Assembly: GCA_027623675.1 (NCBI GenBank)
Contig: JAQBVF010000029.1
Span: 1 to 46,035, forward strand
Direction: 5' to 3'
Length of the DNA stretch: 46,035 nt
Source: Chloroflexota bacterium
GTDB taxonomy: Bacteria > Chloroflexota > Dehalococcoidia > Lucifugimonadales > UBA3495
The translations under genes were made by a program, and so were the position numbers. Below the pieces are notes generated by a model that saw only the letters and a program-made list of their open reading frames with translations, ran no database searches and was not told where the DNA came from. Positions 28,760 to 43,097 of this stretch are shown here, piece after piece; position 1 is the stretch's first letter; every line of letters begins with the position of its first letter.

Positions 28760-29084
28760 CCCAGATCCGGCCCACGTTCAGGCGATGATCGTGCCCAAGT
28801 TTGTGGGGTCATTGGCTTGTTGGCCATTGGCGCGGCGTTGTTGTTGCGCCTCTTCGATTTCCAGGCGCAGCGCCGGCGTTTATAATAAGGTCTGATTTAT
28901 CTGATATGAGTCTCCCCGCCCCTGTGGCCGCCGGCGTTTCAGGCGTTCGGCTGATCGGATTCTCAACTCAGGACTTGTGCCATTCTGATATTGTGATATA
29001 TTTAACAAAATCGTTTCGCGGCCCTGTTTTTCAGGGAGGATTGTGCTTACGCCGTGACTAGCGGCGATTAGGCGTTTTCCAGAG

Positions 29085-29123
29085 TGTTTCCCCAGGGTAT
29101 TTCCCCAGGGTATTTCCCCAGGG
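29085..29123. repeat. 13-bp tandem repeat, 3 copies, T(A/G)TTTCCCCAGGG
   Basis: Read directly, upstream of gltB. Confidence 0.8.
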
Positions 29124-29182
29124 CGTTTCGAAAAAATGTTGCGCTGAATCTCGTACCGGGTTTTTAGATAGGTTATCGGCTG

Positions 29183-33737
<4,555 letters not shown>

Positions 33738-33745
<8 letters not shown>

Positions 33746-35198
33746 ACCCGAAGGCTTCATGGAATCGGGCCGGAAGCCCCCCGAGAGGCGTCCGGCGGCA
33801 GAGAGAAAAGGCGACTACCGCGAGTTCTACCAACCCTGGGGCGAAGCCGAGGCCAAAGAGCAAGGCTCACGGTGTATGGATTGCGCCGTGCCCTTTTGTC
33901 ACATGGGCTGTCCTCTGGGTAATGTTATCCCCGAGTTCAATCACCAAGTGTACAAGGGTGATTGGAAAGGGGCGCTTGAGATTCTGCTCTCCACCAACAA
34001 TTTCCCCGAATTCACCGGCCGTGTCTGCCCCGCGCCCTGCGAGGCCAGTTGCGTACTCAGCATAAACGCCGACCCGGTGACCATCGAATACATCGAGAAA
34101 GAGATCGTCGAGCGGGGTTATGAGAACGGGTGGGTCAAACCCGAACCGCCGGCCAAACGGACCGGTAAAAAGGTCGCCGTTGTTGGGTCGGGCCCTTCCG
34201 GCTTGGCCGCCGCCCAGCAGCTGAACCGCGCCGGCCATCTGGTCACAGTTTTCGAACGGGCCAGTTACATCGGCGGCTTGCTCACGTTGGGCATCCCCGA
34301 ATTCAAGCTGGAAAAGAACGTGGTCCAGCGCCGCATCGACCTGATGACCCAAGAGGGCATCACCTTCTTGACCAACACCAACGTCGGCATGGATTTCCCT
34401 GTCGACCGGCTGCTCTCCGAGTTCGACGCGGTCTGTTTGGCCTGCGGGTCGACCCAGGCGCGGGAATTGGACGTGCCGGGAAGGGACTTGGACGGCGTCC
34501 ATCTGGCCATGGACTACCTCTCCCAGCAGAACAAAGTCCTATCTGGAGAGGAATTCTCCGAGGGTGAACGCATCGAGGCCGAGGGCAAACGGGTGGTCAT
34601 CCTGGGCGGTGGAGACACCGGCGCCGACTGTCTTGGCACGGCGATACGCCAGGGCGCTGAGGTTGTGCACCAATTGGAGCTGCTGGATGAGCCTCCGGAA
34701 AAAAGGCCCAGTAACAACCCCTGGCCCCAATGGCCCATGATTCTGCGGTCGTCGCCGGCCCACGAAGAAGGCGGGATCCGAGACTATTCGATATTGACCA
34801 AATCGTTCTCGGGCAGCGACGGTAAGCTGGAGAAACTGCACGGGGTGCGGGTGGAATGGAAGCCGGGCGTCGACGGAGGCCGGCCATCCATGGAAGAGAT
34901 TCCTGGCAGTGAGTTTGAGATTGAAACCGAATTGACCCTGCTGGCAATGGGGTTTTTGCACCCCGAGCAGGACGGCATGCTGGCGCAGATCGGAGTGGAA
35001 CTGGACGGCCGAGGCAACATCGCCATCGACGCTAACCGCATGAGCAACGTTCCGGGAGTGTTCGCGGCCGGCGACGCGGCCAGGGGCCAGTCGCTAGTGG
35101 TCTGGGCCATTGCCGAAGGCCGGGAAACCGCTCGAGCCATCGACCTTTATCTGATGGGCAAGACCTTCCTGCCCCATTCTCTCCCGAACAACTACTAG
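33738..35198 (+). CDS. gltD: Glutamate synthase small subunit
   Basis: MGKPEGF, RCMDCAVPFC..GCP, GRVCPAPCE, GSGPSG, GGGDTGADC, GQSLVVWAIAEGR. ATG 33738 overlaps the gltB end. Confidence 0.97.
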
Positions 35199-35204
35199 TT
35201 CAGG

Positions 35205-36254
35205 TCAGTTGTCCGGCGCGAACATCTGGAACGCGTCGGCGATCTTGGCCACCTCGACGATCACCCTGGCCCTTACGTTGGCACCCTCTTGGCGAACGCC
35301 CAAGTCTTCAAAGTCCCGGGTTGCCTTTTGACTTTCCAAAGCCCCCGCGGCCAGCTGCATGGCCGCCGCGGCCTGGTCCTCGTCCTCGAATCCGATCAGG
35401 GCATGGACGACCGCCAGTTCGTCAGAGAGCAAACTGGCGGAGGCGACCGCGCCGGTGCAGCCGGGCAATTCAGGTACGCTGTTCAACAATGGCAGCACCT
35501 GGCATTGGGAGAGCGCTGCCGCCGCGAACCCGGAGGGCACATCCGCCATCAGAGCGGATAGCCCCGGTGCGTCGAGAAGCCCCGCAGACCGGCCGTCAAA
35601 GGCATCGAGCGAGGCTACGACCAGCCCCCGCGCTTCGGAGGCTGCCGCTACCAGACCACCTGCCGCCACACCGGTGGAGTCGCCGGCTTCGCCAATGGCC
35701 AAGACGTTTCCTTGGAAGTCGATGTTCCAGATGTCGTGGCCCTCATGGGGCACGGGGCCTCCGGTGGTTAAGGGCAAGCCAAAGTTGCTGGCGAACTGGA
35801 GCAGGTTTGCTATTGCGATGTCGCTTTGGAAGGCCGTGACCAGGGTTTGGGTCTTTAGGTCGGCCGCGATTGCGATAGAGTTGACCAGGCCGGTGACGAT
35901 CGACGGCAATGCCGAATCCAACCCCAAGACTTCGGCGGTGATGATACTGGACAGAACGGGGTCCGACCGTAATAGCTCCACGTCAAGATAGACCGCCGCG
36001 CCGTGGTTATCGGGCACCAGTGACAGCAGATCGGTCAACCGGGCCAGACGCTCCGGGTCCGCCGGCGGGACCTCGGCATCGGCGAACTCCCGGTAGGGAA
36101 CGGGGGTGGATGTGGGCGCCACTGTTGGCTCCGCATCAGGTCCAGCGGACTGCGTGGCAGATGTGATCTCTGATTCGCAGGCGACCAGGAAAACGGCCGC
36201 CACCAGAGCCATCAGGAAGGCAAATGCGATACGGTTTCTACCCGCAAGGGACAC
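35205..36254 (-). CDS. Hypothetical lipoprotein
   Basis: Signal peptide ending FLVAC, Pro/Thr linker, co-oriented immediately after pyk. Confidence 0.7.
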   Translation of the reverse strand: MSLAGRNRIAFAFLMALVAAVFLVACESEITSATQSAGPDAEPTVAPTSTPVPYREFADAEVPPADPERLARLTDLLSLVPDNHGAAVYLDVELLRSDPVLSSIITAEVLGLDSALPSIVTGLVNSIAIAADLKTQTLVTAFQSDIAIANLLQFASNFGLPLTTGGPVPHEGHDIWNIDFQGNVLAIGEAGDSTGVAAGGLVAAASEARGLVVASLDAFDGRSAGLLDAPGLSALMADVPSGFAAAALSQCQVLPLLNSVPELPGCTGAVASASLLSDELAVVHALIGFEDEDQAAAAMQLAAGALESQKATRDFEDLGVRQEGANVRARVIVEVAKIADAFQMFAPDN

Positions 36255-36258
36255 AGGT

Positions 36259-37701
36259 CTAATTCTTGGCGGCTGCCGCGGGCTCCGCGCTGACCTGGGA
36301 TAGGTATTCCCGCATGTCCAATACCTGCACCGCGTTGGTGGTGCCGGAAACTCCTGGCAGGAAGCCGTGAACGATGGTCACGACATCGGTCTCGGAAATC
36401 ACGCCGCCTTCCAATCCTGACTTGATGACTGAACCCACCAACTTGGCCATGTCTTGTTGGGGCGGAATCACTCCGCCGGGACGGATGCCCCAGCCCAGGC
36501 ACAGCTTTTGCAGCACGGCGCTGTCGTGGGAAAAGGCCAGCACGTCCTGATCGGGCCGGAACCGGGACAGCTCGAAAGCGGCCCTTCCCGTGCTGGTCAC
36601 CACCACCGGTTTGGCGCCGAGAGAACGGACCAGCCGCGCCGCCGCCGACGTGATCGCCTGAGTGCGGTCCCCTGAGCCCAAGTCGCTGAAGTAGGGATAG
36701 ATCTTCTCGGTTTCTCTGATCGTGGCATCGAACATGTTAAGGGCTTCCAGCGGGTATTGGCCCATGGCGGTCTCATCCGAGAGCATCACGGCGTCGCAAC
36801 GGTCCAACACGGCATTGGTCACATCCGATATCTCAGCCCTGGTTGGGGCCGGGGCCACGACCATGGACCAGAGCATCTGCGTGGCGATGACCGAGAGCTT
36901 GCCGGCCTCGTTGGACTTGGCCACCAGTTGTTTCTGGACGATGGTCACCCGCTCCATCGGAATCTCCACGCCCAGGTCGCCCCTGGCCACCATGATGCCG
37001 TCAACCTCGGGGAGGATGGAGTCGATGTTGTCCACACCCTCGCCCCGTTCCAGCTTGGCCATTACCAGAGCCTTGCTGCCGGCGGCGTTCAGGTGTTCCC
37101 TGGCATAGAGAATGTCCTCGGCGCTGCGCACGAAAGACAGGGCGACCCAGTCAACGCCATGCTCGACGCCGAACTGGAGCGCAATCTTATCCTGCTCGGT
37201 CAATACCGGTTCGTCGATGGGCACGCCGGGGAGGTTTACACCCTTGAAAGACGAGACCACGCCCGAAGACAGGACAGTGGCTTCCACTCGGGATGGGCTG
37301 GCCGCCGTAACGTGCAGCCGCACGGTGCCGTCGGCGATGAAAATGTTGTGCCCCGGCTCGATGTTCCGGAGCACCCCTGGCTGGGGAAAGGGCAGCACTC
37401 CGGCTTCTTGGGTGCTGTTCTCGGGGACCAGGCTGACATTGTCGCCATGGTTCAGCAAGACGGGCTCTTCCAAACGGCCCAGGCGCAGCTTGATGCCGCC
37501 CAGGTCCTGGAGAATTGCCACGGGCCGTCCGTGCTTCTTGGACAGCCGGCGGATGTTGGCAATCACTTCGGCGTGCTCATCCAGTGTCCCGTGGGAGAAA
37601 TTCAGCCTGGCGCAATCGATGCCCCGTTCGATGAATCTGTCCAAAATCTCGGGGCTGCTGGATGATGGGCCGATGGTAACGACAATCTTTGTCTTGCGCA
37701 T
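36259..37701 (-). CDS. pyk: Pyruvate kinase
   Basis: RKTKIVVTIGP, ARLNFSHG, KGVNLPG, SFVR, MVARGDLGVE, ATQML, RAE.SDV.NAV.D, MLSDETA. Confidence 0.96.
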   Translation of the reverse strand: MRKTKIVVTIGPSSSSPEILDRFIERGIDCARLNFSHGTLDEHAEVIANIRRLSKKHGRPVAILQDLGGIKLRLGRLEEPVLLNHGDNVSLVPENSTQEAGVLPFPQPGVLRNIEPGHNIFIADGTVRLHVTAASPSRVEATVLSSGVVSSFKGVNLPGVPIDEPVLTEQDKIALQFGVEHGVDWVALSFVRSAEDILYAREHLNAAGSKALVMAKLERGEGVDNIDSILPEVDGIMVARGDLGVEIPMERVTIVQKQLVAKSNEAGKLSVIATQMLWSMVVAPAPTRAEISDVTNAVLDRCDAVMLSDETAMGQYPLEALNMFDATIRETEKIYPYFSDLGSGDRTQAITSAAARLVRSLGAKPVVVTSTGRAAFELSRFRPDQDVLAFSHDSAVLQKLCLGWGIRPGGVIPPQQDMAKLVGSVIKSGLEGGVISETDVVTIVHGFLPGVSGTTNAVQVLDMREYLSQVSAEPAAAAKN

Positions 37702-37870
37702 AGGGACCGCCTCTTTTTGGCGTGCACTCGGAGTTTGGCCGGGAACGGTAGGCCTGGTGGCTTCCGCTGGTTGATGCCGCCTTTAATACATCTTAATACC
37801 GTTCGCCGGTTAAGGATACAACAGAAGGGTTAATATTCTACGAACCTACAGGTGTGGGAGATTCATGATG

Positions 37871-37904
37871 AAAGGGGCGCTGAATAATCTCAGCGCCCCT
37901 TTTT
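37871..37904. terminator. Terminator-like hairpin downstream of the LLM gene
   Basis: AAAGGGGCGCTGA-ATAATC-TCAGCGCCCCTTTTT. Confidence 0.75.
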
Positions 37905-37945
37905 GTTCATCGAAAAGCCGAAACCTGACGGCTGGTGGCTTTAGG

Positions 37946-39109
37946 CTAATTCCGGTTGGCGTCGAACCGGTCGGTGGCCGCCTTGATGCCGGCGTAACGG
38001 TTCTGCTGCAGGGCCTCGCGGCGTTCGCTGGCCCATTCGTTGGATATCTTAATTCCATCCAAGCTGCCCTGGAAATGGGGCATCACGTACCGGGCCAACA
38101 GTTCGTAGCTCCGGTGGATCTTGTCGCGGGGCGCCCAGTCTTCCACCCGCATCATGAACTTGCCGAAGCCGCCGGTGATCTCCTGCAGGCGGTTGATGCC
38201 GGCGATGCAGTCGTCGGGTGTGCCGACGATCCACTGGTTGTGGTCCACCATGTAGTCCACGATCTGGTCGCGGGGGACGTCCGGCACCGGGTTGCCCAGG
38301 GTGCGGCCAAAGTATTCGGTGACCACATTTGCCGCGCCTTCCTTGATGTCTTTGATGGCCTGCTTCTTGCTGTCGGCCAGGTGCATGCCCATCACCACGC
38401 CCCAGTCCTCGCGGCGCATGGTCTTGCCGTGCTCAGCCGCCGTTTCCTCGGCGATGGTCCAGAGCTCGGCCAACGACGTTTTGCGGATGGTGTCGCGGGG
38501 CACGCTGAGGGACAGTACGGACGCGCCGTGCTTGCCGGCCAGGGTGACGCCGGCGGGGGATTCCACGGAGGCAACGGCCACCGGGACGATGGGGTCCTGG
38601 TAGGGACGAAGCTGCAAAACAGCTTCGTTCATCTCGAACCAATCGGTCTTGCAGGAGAAGGGTTCAGGGTCGGACATCAGCCGCACGATGGCGTCCAACG
38701 ACTCTTCCATCATGGCGCGCTGCCTCTCGGGTTTGATGCCCAGCATCAGGGCGTCGGAAGCCAGCGCGCCCGGGCCGCAACCCAGAATCACCCGGCCTCT
38801 GGTCAAATGGTCAAGCTGGACCATGCGGTTGGCCACCATGAATGGATGGTGGTAAGGGAGGCTGGTGACGCCGGTGCCCAGCCGGATGTGGCGAGTGCGC
38901 TCGGCGGCGGTGGCCATGAACAACTCGGGCGACGCGATGGTCTCCCACCCCGCGCTGTGGTGCTCGCCGATATAGGCCTCGTCGAAGCCCAGGGTGTCCA
39001 GCCATTGGAGCAGCTCCAGGTCCCGTTCCAAGGCCAGAGTGGGGTTCTCGCCCACCCGGTGGAAAGGAGCCATGAAGACGCCGAATTTCATGCGCTTGGG
39101 AATCGCCAT
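37946..39109 (-). CDS. LLM-class flavin-dependent oxidoreductase/monooxygenase
   Basis: MKFGVFMAPFH, GEHHSAGWE, IRLGTGV.SLPYHHP, LDHLTRGR, IVGTPDD, SYELLARYVMPHFQG. Confidence 0.93.
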   Translation of the reverse strand: MAIPKRMKFGVFMAPFHRVGENPTLALERDLELLQWLDTLGFDEAYIGEHHSAGWETIASPELFMATAAERTRHIRLGTGVTSLPYHHPFMVANRMVQLDHLTRGRVILGCGPGALASDALMLGIKPERQRAMMEESLDAIVRLMSDPEPFSCKTDWFEMNEAVLQLRPYQDPIVPVAVASVESPAGVTLAGKHGASVLSLSVPRDTIRKTSLAELWTIAEETAAEHGKTMRREDWGVVMGMHLADSKKQAIKDIKEGAANVVTEYFGRTLGNPVPDVPRDQIVDYMVDHNQWIVGTPDDCIAGINRLQEITGGFGKFMMRVEDWAPRDKIHRSYELLARYVMPHFQGSLDGIKISNEWASERREALQQNRYAGIKAATDRFDANRN

Positions 39110-39135
39110 GCTTACATCCTCCGTCTGTGTTCCAT

Positions 39136-39177
39136 TAGTCTCCTGGGTAGTCTCCTGGGTGGTCCCCTGGGTAGTCC
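39136..39177. repeat. 12-bp tandem repeat, 3.5 copies, T(A/G)GTC(T/C)CCTGGG
   Basis: Read directly, just upstream of the LLM gene RBS. Confidence 0.8.
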
Positions 39178-39414
39178 GTCGGGAAAATCAACCGAGACAT
39201 CTGGGACGCTGGGGTCCGCCAGGTTGCTCCGCCAATCATCCTCTCTACTAGGTATTTCTGTTGGACGATCGGCCGGGTTAGGCGGACGGTCGAGGGTATT
39301 CTAACATGCGGCGAAATCAAGGAATCATGACGCCCCACGAGCCTGGGTGCTGGGTCTGGTGGCCGAAGAAACTATGCGCCGGTAAGACCGCGGCGCGGCC
39401 CTGATTAACTTGAA

Positions 39415-39921
39415 TCAGGCGCCGATCACTCCGCTGCGGCGTTCCATCAGGAGGGTGTCGCGCCACTTGCCGTGAAGACAGCCGATCCGCTCTCTGGTGC
39501 CCACCGAGCGGAACCCGCAGGCGGAGTGCAGGGTGATGCTGGCTTCGTTCTCGACGAAGATCATTGCCTGCAGGGTCCATATCCCGGCGGCTTCGGATTC
39601 CTCAACCAGGGAACTGAGCAAGAGCTTTCCGATGCCGTTGCCCCTGGCGTGCTCGGCTACGTAGACGCTCACCTCAGCCACGCCGTTGTAGGCCTCACGG
39701 CTAGATACCGGCGTAAGGGCGGCCCAGCCAACGACAGTGTTGCCGTTGTCTCTGGCGACCAGCCGGCAGTCCCGCCGGTGGACGCCGTCCCAATGCTCCC
39801 AAGCGGGCGCTTGAGTCTCCACGGTGGCATTCTCCGTGGCGATGCCCTCTTGGTAAATGTTCCTAACCGCCGCCCAATCCCCCGCTGCCATACTTTCAAT
39901 GATGCAGTTTGCGGTTTTCAT
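39415..39921 (-). CDS. GNAT N-acetyltransferase (phosphinothricin/methionine-sulfoximine acetyltransferase-like)
   Basis: IYQEGI...AT.ET, GWAAL.PVS.R.AY.GVAEVSVYV, RGNGIGK, NEAS..LH..CGF..VG. Confidence 0.9.
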   Translation of the reverse strand: MKTANCIIESMAAGDWAAVRNIYQEGIATENATVETQAPAWEHWDGVHRRDCRLVARDNGNTVVGWAALTPVSSREAYNGVAEVSVYVAEHARGNGIGKLLLSSLVEESEAAGIWTLQAMIFVENEASITLHSACGFRSVGTRERIGCLHGKWRDTLLMERRSGVIGA

Positions 39922-40188
39922 TCTTGCGTCAGTTTTCGATGTTCTCCCTCCGGTCCGCCGGACCTGGACCGGCGCGGGAGGCAGTCATTCGCAGATGGAT
40001 TCTAAATGAGGAATCCATTGTAGTTTTAGCAAGGCCAGGTGTAAACCGGTGGTGTGGCAACGGGAATAACTCAGGCGTGGATCTATCCGCGGCCAAAGTG
40101 ACATTTTTCGGCCAAACGTGGTATCTTTGGTCAACCCAGACGCACGGTCTGGAGATTCGATAAAAAAACCGGCAGGAGGGGTCTCGAG

Positions 40189-40614
40189 ATGCCCAAGATT
40201 AAGCACATCGCTATTGCCACCCAGGATGCGGCGAAGACCGCTTCCTTCTACAAAGACGTTTTCGGTCTTCGCGAGATCGCTCAGCTGGAAAGCGCCAACG
40301 CCAATGGCTTTTTCCTCAGCGACGGAAATGTGAACATGGCCATCTTGGACTTCCAGAACGACGCGGTGGCTGGAGAGCGCGGCAAGGACTACAGCGGCAT
40401 TCACCATATCGGCTTCGAGGTCGAAGACCTGGAGGACGTTGAGAGGAAGCTGGCTGCCAACAACTCCGCCCCGATGGACGAGGTCAACAATGCTCTGGGT
40501 GTGGGCATGGGCGGACCCCGCCACGCCAATGTGGAGATCAAGTACACCGGCCCCAACGGCGAGATGATTGACGTTTCAGCCCACGGCTGGGTCGGCACCC
40601 GCGGCTTCGACTAG
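40189..40614 (+). CDS. VOC/glyoxalase-family protein
   Basis: KIKHIAI, FYKDVFGL, GIHHIGFEV, GPNGEMID. AGGAGG RBS. Confidence 0.88.
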   Translation: MPKIKHIAIATQDAAKTASFYKDVFGLREIAQLESANANGFFLSDGNVNMAILDFQNDAVAGERGKDYSGIHHIGFEVEDLEDVERKLAANNSAPMDEVNNALGVGMGGPRHANVEIKYTGPNGEMIDVSAHGWVGTRGFD

Positions 40615-40638
40615 GCCAAGACCAAGCGCACCAGATGG

Positions 40639-40679
40639 AAAAAGGCCCTCCCATCCAGTTCGGATGGGGAGGCCTTTTT
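40639..40679. terminator. Bidirectional intrinsic terminator
   Basis: AAAAAGGCCCTCCCATCC-AGTTC-GGATGGGGAGGCCTTTTT between convergent genes. Confidence 0.85.
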
Positions 40680-40711
40680 CTTTTGCCTTTTGGAGATTAC
40701 TTGAGAGGGGA

Positions 40712-41119
40712 TCAGGCTGGCTTGAACGCCAGGGAGGGCGATTCCTCGTCCACGTCTTCAAGGTCCAACACCACGTCCATCCCGGTCTTGATGTCCTGGG
40801 GGTTTCGGCCGTCAACGCCGTTGATCCTGGCGCTGATACGGGGGCCTTCCTCCAGAGTGACGATTCCGGCGCAGCAGGGGTTGTCCCGTCCGTAGCCCTT
40901 GGCGGCCATGGCTGCAGAAACGATGGATATGCAGGTGAAGGTACTGAGCTTGGCCCTGCCGCTGAACTGGCGCCACTCCATGTTGAATCCGTGGCAGACC
41001 GGGCACATGGGCCGCGGCTCAGGCGACAGGTGGCCGCAGTCCTGGCACTTCACCCCCATCAACTTCTTTCCTTCCTTGAGGTGTTTGTAGAAGGCGGCGG
41101 CGTTGAATTCGCTGGTCAT
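40712..41119 (-). CDS. DUF35 Zn-ribbon/OB-fold protein (thiolase partner)
   Basis: KCQDCG...PRPMCPVC, LEEGPRI, IKTGMDV. Lies 2 nt after the thiolase stop. Confidence 0.9.
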   Translation of the reverse strand: MTSEFNAAAFYKHLKEGKKLMGVKCQDCGHLSPEPRPMCPVCHGFNMEWRQFSGRAKLSTFTCISIVSAAMAAKGYGRDNPCCAGIVTLEEGPRISARINGVDGRNPQDIKTGMDVVLDLEDVDEESPSLAFKPA

Positions 41120-41121
41120 GG

Positions 41122-42402
41122 CTAGGACTCCCGCCGCAGCACGTTTACCACGCAGGTCCCGCCGGTGCCGCCCACGTTATGGGTGATGCCCACGCTGGGG
41201 TTGGCCTTCTTCATCTGACGCTCTCCGGCCTCGCCGCGCAGTTGGTGGTAGATCTCGATGACCTGACCCACGCCCGAAGCGCCCACGGGGTGGCCTTTGG
41301 CTTTCAGGCCGCCCGAGGTGTTGATGGGATGGTCGCCGTCCCGCGCCGTCCGGCCTTCGTCAACCGCCCGCGGACCCTCGCCCGGAGCGAAAAAGCCCAG
41401 GTCTTCGCTGGCGACGATCTCGGCGATAGTGAAGCAATCGTGGACCTCCGCCAGGTCGATGTCGGCCACGGTGATTCCGGCCATGTCGTAGGCCTGCTGT
41501 GAGGCGGCCTTGGCGGCGGAGAGTGAGGTCAGTTCCTCCGAGTCGTGCAGCGGCTTGCCGGTGGCCTGTCCGATGCCCGCGACGCTGATGGGCGTGTCGG
41601 TGAAGTTATCGGCGATCTCGGCCGACACCAGCAACACGCAGGACGCGCCGTCGGTGATGGGGGCGCAGTCGTACAAGCGCAGGGGCCAGGCGATCCAGGG
41701 ATTGGAGCGGTCATCTCTCAGGAAATCCAGGTCGGTCTCCCAAGCGGGCACCTCTTGGCCGCGTTCTTGGGCCCGGGCCTTCCGGCGCTCCATCATCTCG
41801 GTGATGGTCTGCTGGAACTGGGCTTTGGGGTTCAGCGCGCCGTTCTGGTGGTTCTTGATGCCCACCTTTAGGAGGTGGTCAAGGTTGGTCTCGTAGCGGT
41901 CCATGTGGGCCTTGGCGATGGCGCCGAAGATGCCTGGGAAGGTCAGCCCGGACGGCACCTCGTAAAGTCCGTCGGCCGCGGAGGCTAGAACGTCGGTTAC
42001 GCCGTCGGTGGGCAGATTGGTCATCTTCTCCATGCCGCCGACCAGCACCACGTCGTACATGCCGCTGGCTATCGCCATCACACCTTCGCGGAGGGCGCTG
42101 CCGCTGCTGGCGCAGGCGTTCTCGATGCGAGTGATGGGGATGGGCGTTATGCCCAGCCAGTCGGCCACGATGGGGGCGGTGTGGCCTTGGTGCTCAAACA
42201 GGTCGGAGGAGTAGTTGCCCACGTAGGCGCATTCGATGTCGTGGATGTCGAAACCTTTGTCCATGCTCTGGACCATGTCTTGGAAGGCCTCCACGAACAG
42301 GTCGCGGCTGTCCTTCTCGGGGAAGGCCCCAAATTGTGACAGGCCGGCGCCAACGATTGAGACCGGCCGGCCCAATTGACGCTTTTTATTGATCGTGGCC
42401 AT
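41122..42402 (-). CDS. SCP-x/archaeal-type thiolase (acetyl-CoA C-acyltransferase family)
   Basis: ENACASSG, GGMEKM, KNH.NG..NP.AQF, DCAPITDGA, EVHDCFT, NTSGGL..KGHPVGASG. Confidence 0.92.
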   Translation of the reverse strand: MATINKKRQLGRPVSIVGAGLSQFGAFPEKDSRDLFVEAFQDMVQSMDKGFDIHDIECAYVGNYSSDLFEHQGHTAPIVADWLGITPIPITRIENACASSGSALREGVMAIASGMYDVVLVGGMEKMTNLPTDGVTDVLASAADGLYEVPSGLTFPGIFGAIAKAHMDRYETNLDHLLKVGIKNHQNGALNPKAQFQQTITEMMERRKARAQERGQEVPAWETDLDFLRDDRSNPWIAWPLRLYDCAPITDGASCVLLVSAEIADNFTDTPISVAGIGQATGKPLHDSEELTSLSAAKAASQQAYDMAGITVADIDLAEVHDCFTIAEIVASEDLGFFAPGEGPRAVDEGRTARDGDHPINTSGGLKAKGHPVGASGVGQVIEIYHQLRGEAGERQMKKANPSVGITHNVGGTGGTCVVNVLRRES

Positions 42403-42508
42403 GTGAATCCTCCTGCGCTATCGAATCGCGAATCTTTAGGATGGCCGTCGGCCGTGCAGCCGAAACATGCCAGGGTAACCGGCCGTTGGTGCGGTTGGGT
42501 CCGTCCGG

Positions 42509-42934
42509 CTAGGAAGGCCGGTCTTTCCGCTCTTGTTCCCTTTCCTCACTTTTGTGCCTGAGAGGCCGTCCTTTAGTGGGGTCTGGGTCTTTGATAATGC
42601 CGTATGATTTCCGGCCTTCGTGGTCTTCGGGCAGATATTCCGTTATGGGGAATCCATCCTCATTAACGAAGAGCATTCAATGACAATACTTGTAGATCTG
42701 CATGTCGTCGCAGGCGCACATCCAGGTGCGATGCTTCTTCTCTTCGTTCTTATCTGGATAGAACCGGCATGGGCACAGGGGCCTTCCGATCTCGTCGATG
42801 TTCTGAGCCAGGCCAAGGATAACTTGCTCGGTCACGCCCTCGATAGGGGAAACGGTTGTTCCGGATTTCTCACAATATTTCTCCACGAAGACGCGCATCT
42901 TCTGGATAGACTGCTCGCTGGGCATGTCTGACAT
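42509..42934 (-). CDS. Ferredoxin:thioredoxin reductase catalytic (beta) subunit, probable selenoprotein (UGA = Sec at codon 86; 141 aa)
   Basis: VILGLA...G..LCPCR, CAC, YCH-TGA-MLFV. The family motif is CHCxLF. The frame stays open 55 codons to TAG at 42509-42511. Confidence 0.85.
42635..42676 (-). promoter_or_regulatory. Candidate bacterial SECIS hairpin
   Basis: Immediately 3' of the UGA: UUCGUUA pairs with UAACGGA, AUGAGGA pairs with UCCCCAU (one mismatch), and the apical loop UGGAU contains G. Confidence 0.55.
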
Positions 42935-43097
42935 CGGGGCTATTCCTTCCGGCTGAGAAGCCGTTAACTTTATCGGTGCGCTTGAGAGTGGTTCGGGCCT
43001 TACTGTGCATTTCCGCGAACCCGGCGGTTAATTCGATGATGATTTGGAGATTGAGATTCTGGTCAAGGGCGTTGTCAATGTTTGAGTGCAGGAGAAC

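Noticed and set aside
36259..37701. Unusual pyruvate kinase residues (DLGGIKLR, MLSDETA)
   Set aside because: Lys at this position fits the known K+-independent class, and the catalytic motifs are intact.
37865..39304. Long antisense ORFs (also 15172-16434, 32411-33760, 30002-31039, 36757-37665, 43497-44402)
   Set aside because: Shadows of well-supported genes in GC-rich DNA, with no recognisable motifs.
42620..42931. Plus-strand 103-aa ORF
   Set aside because: Antisense to the FTR gene, which has clear family motifs.
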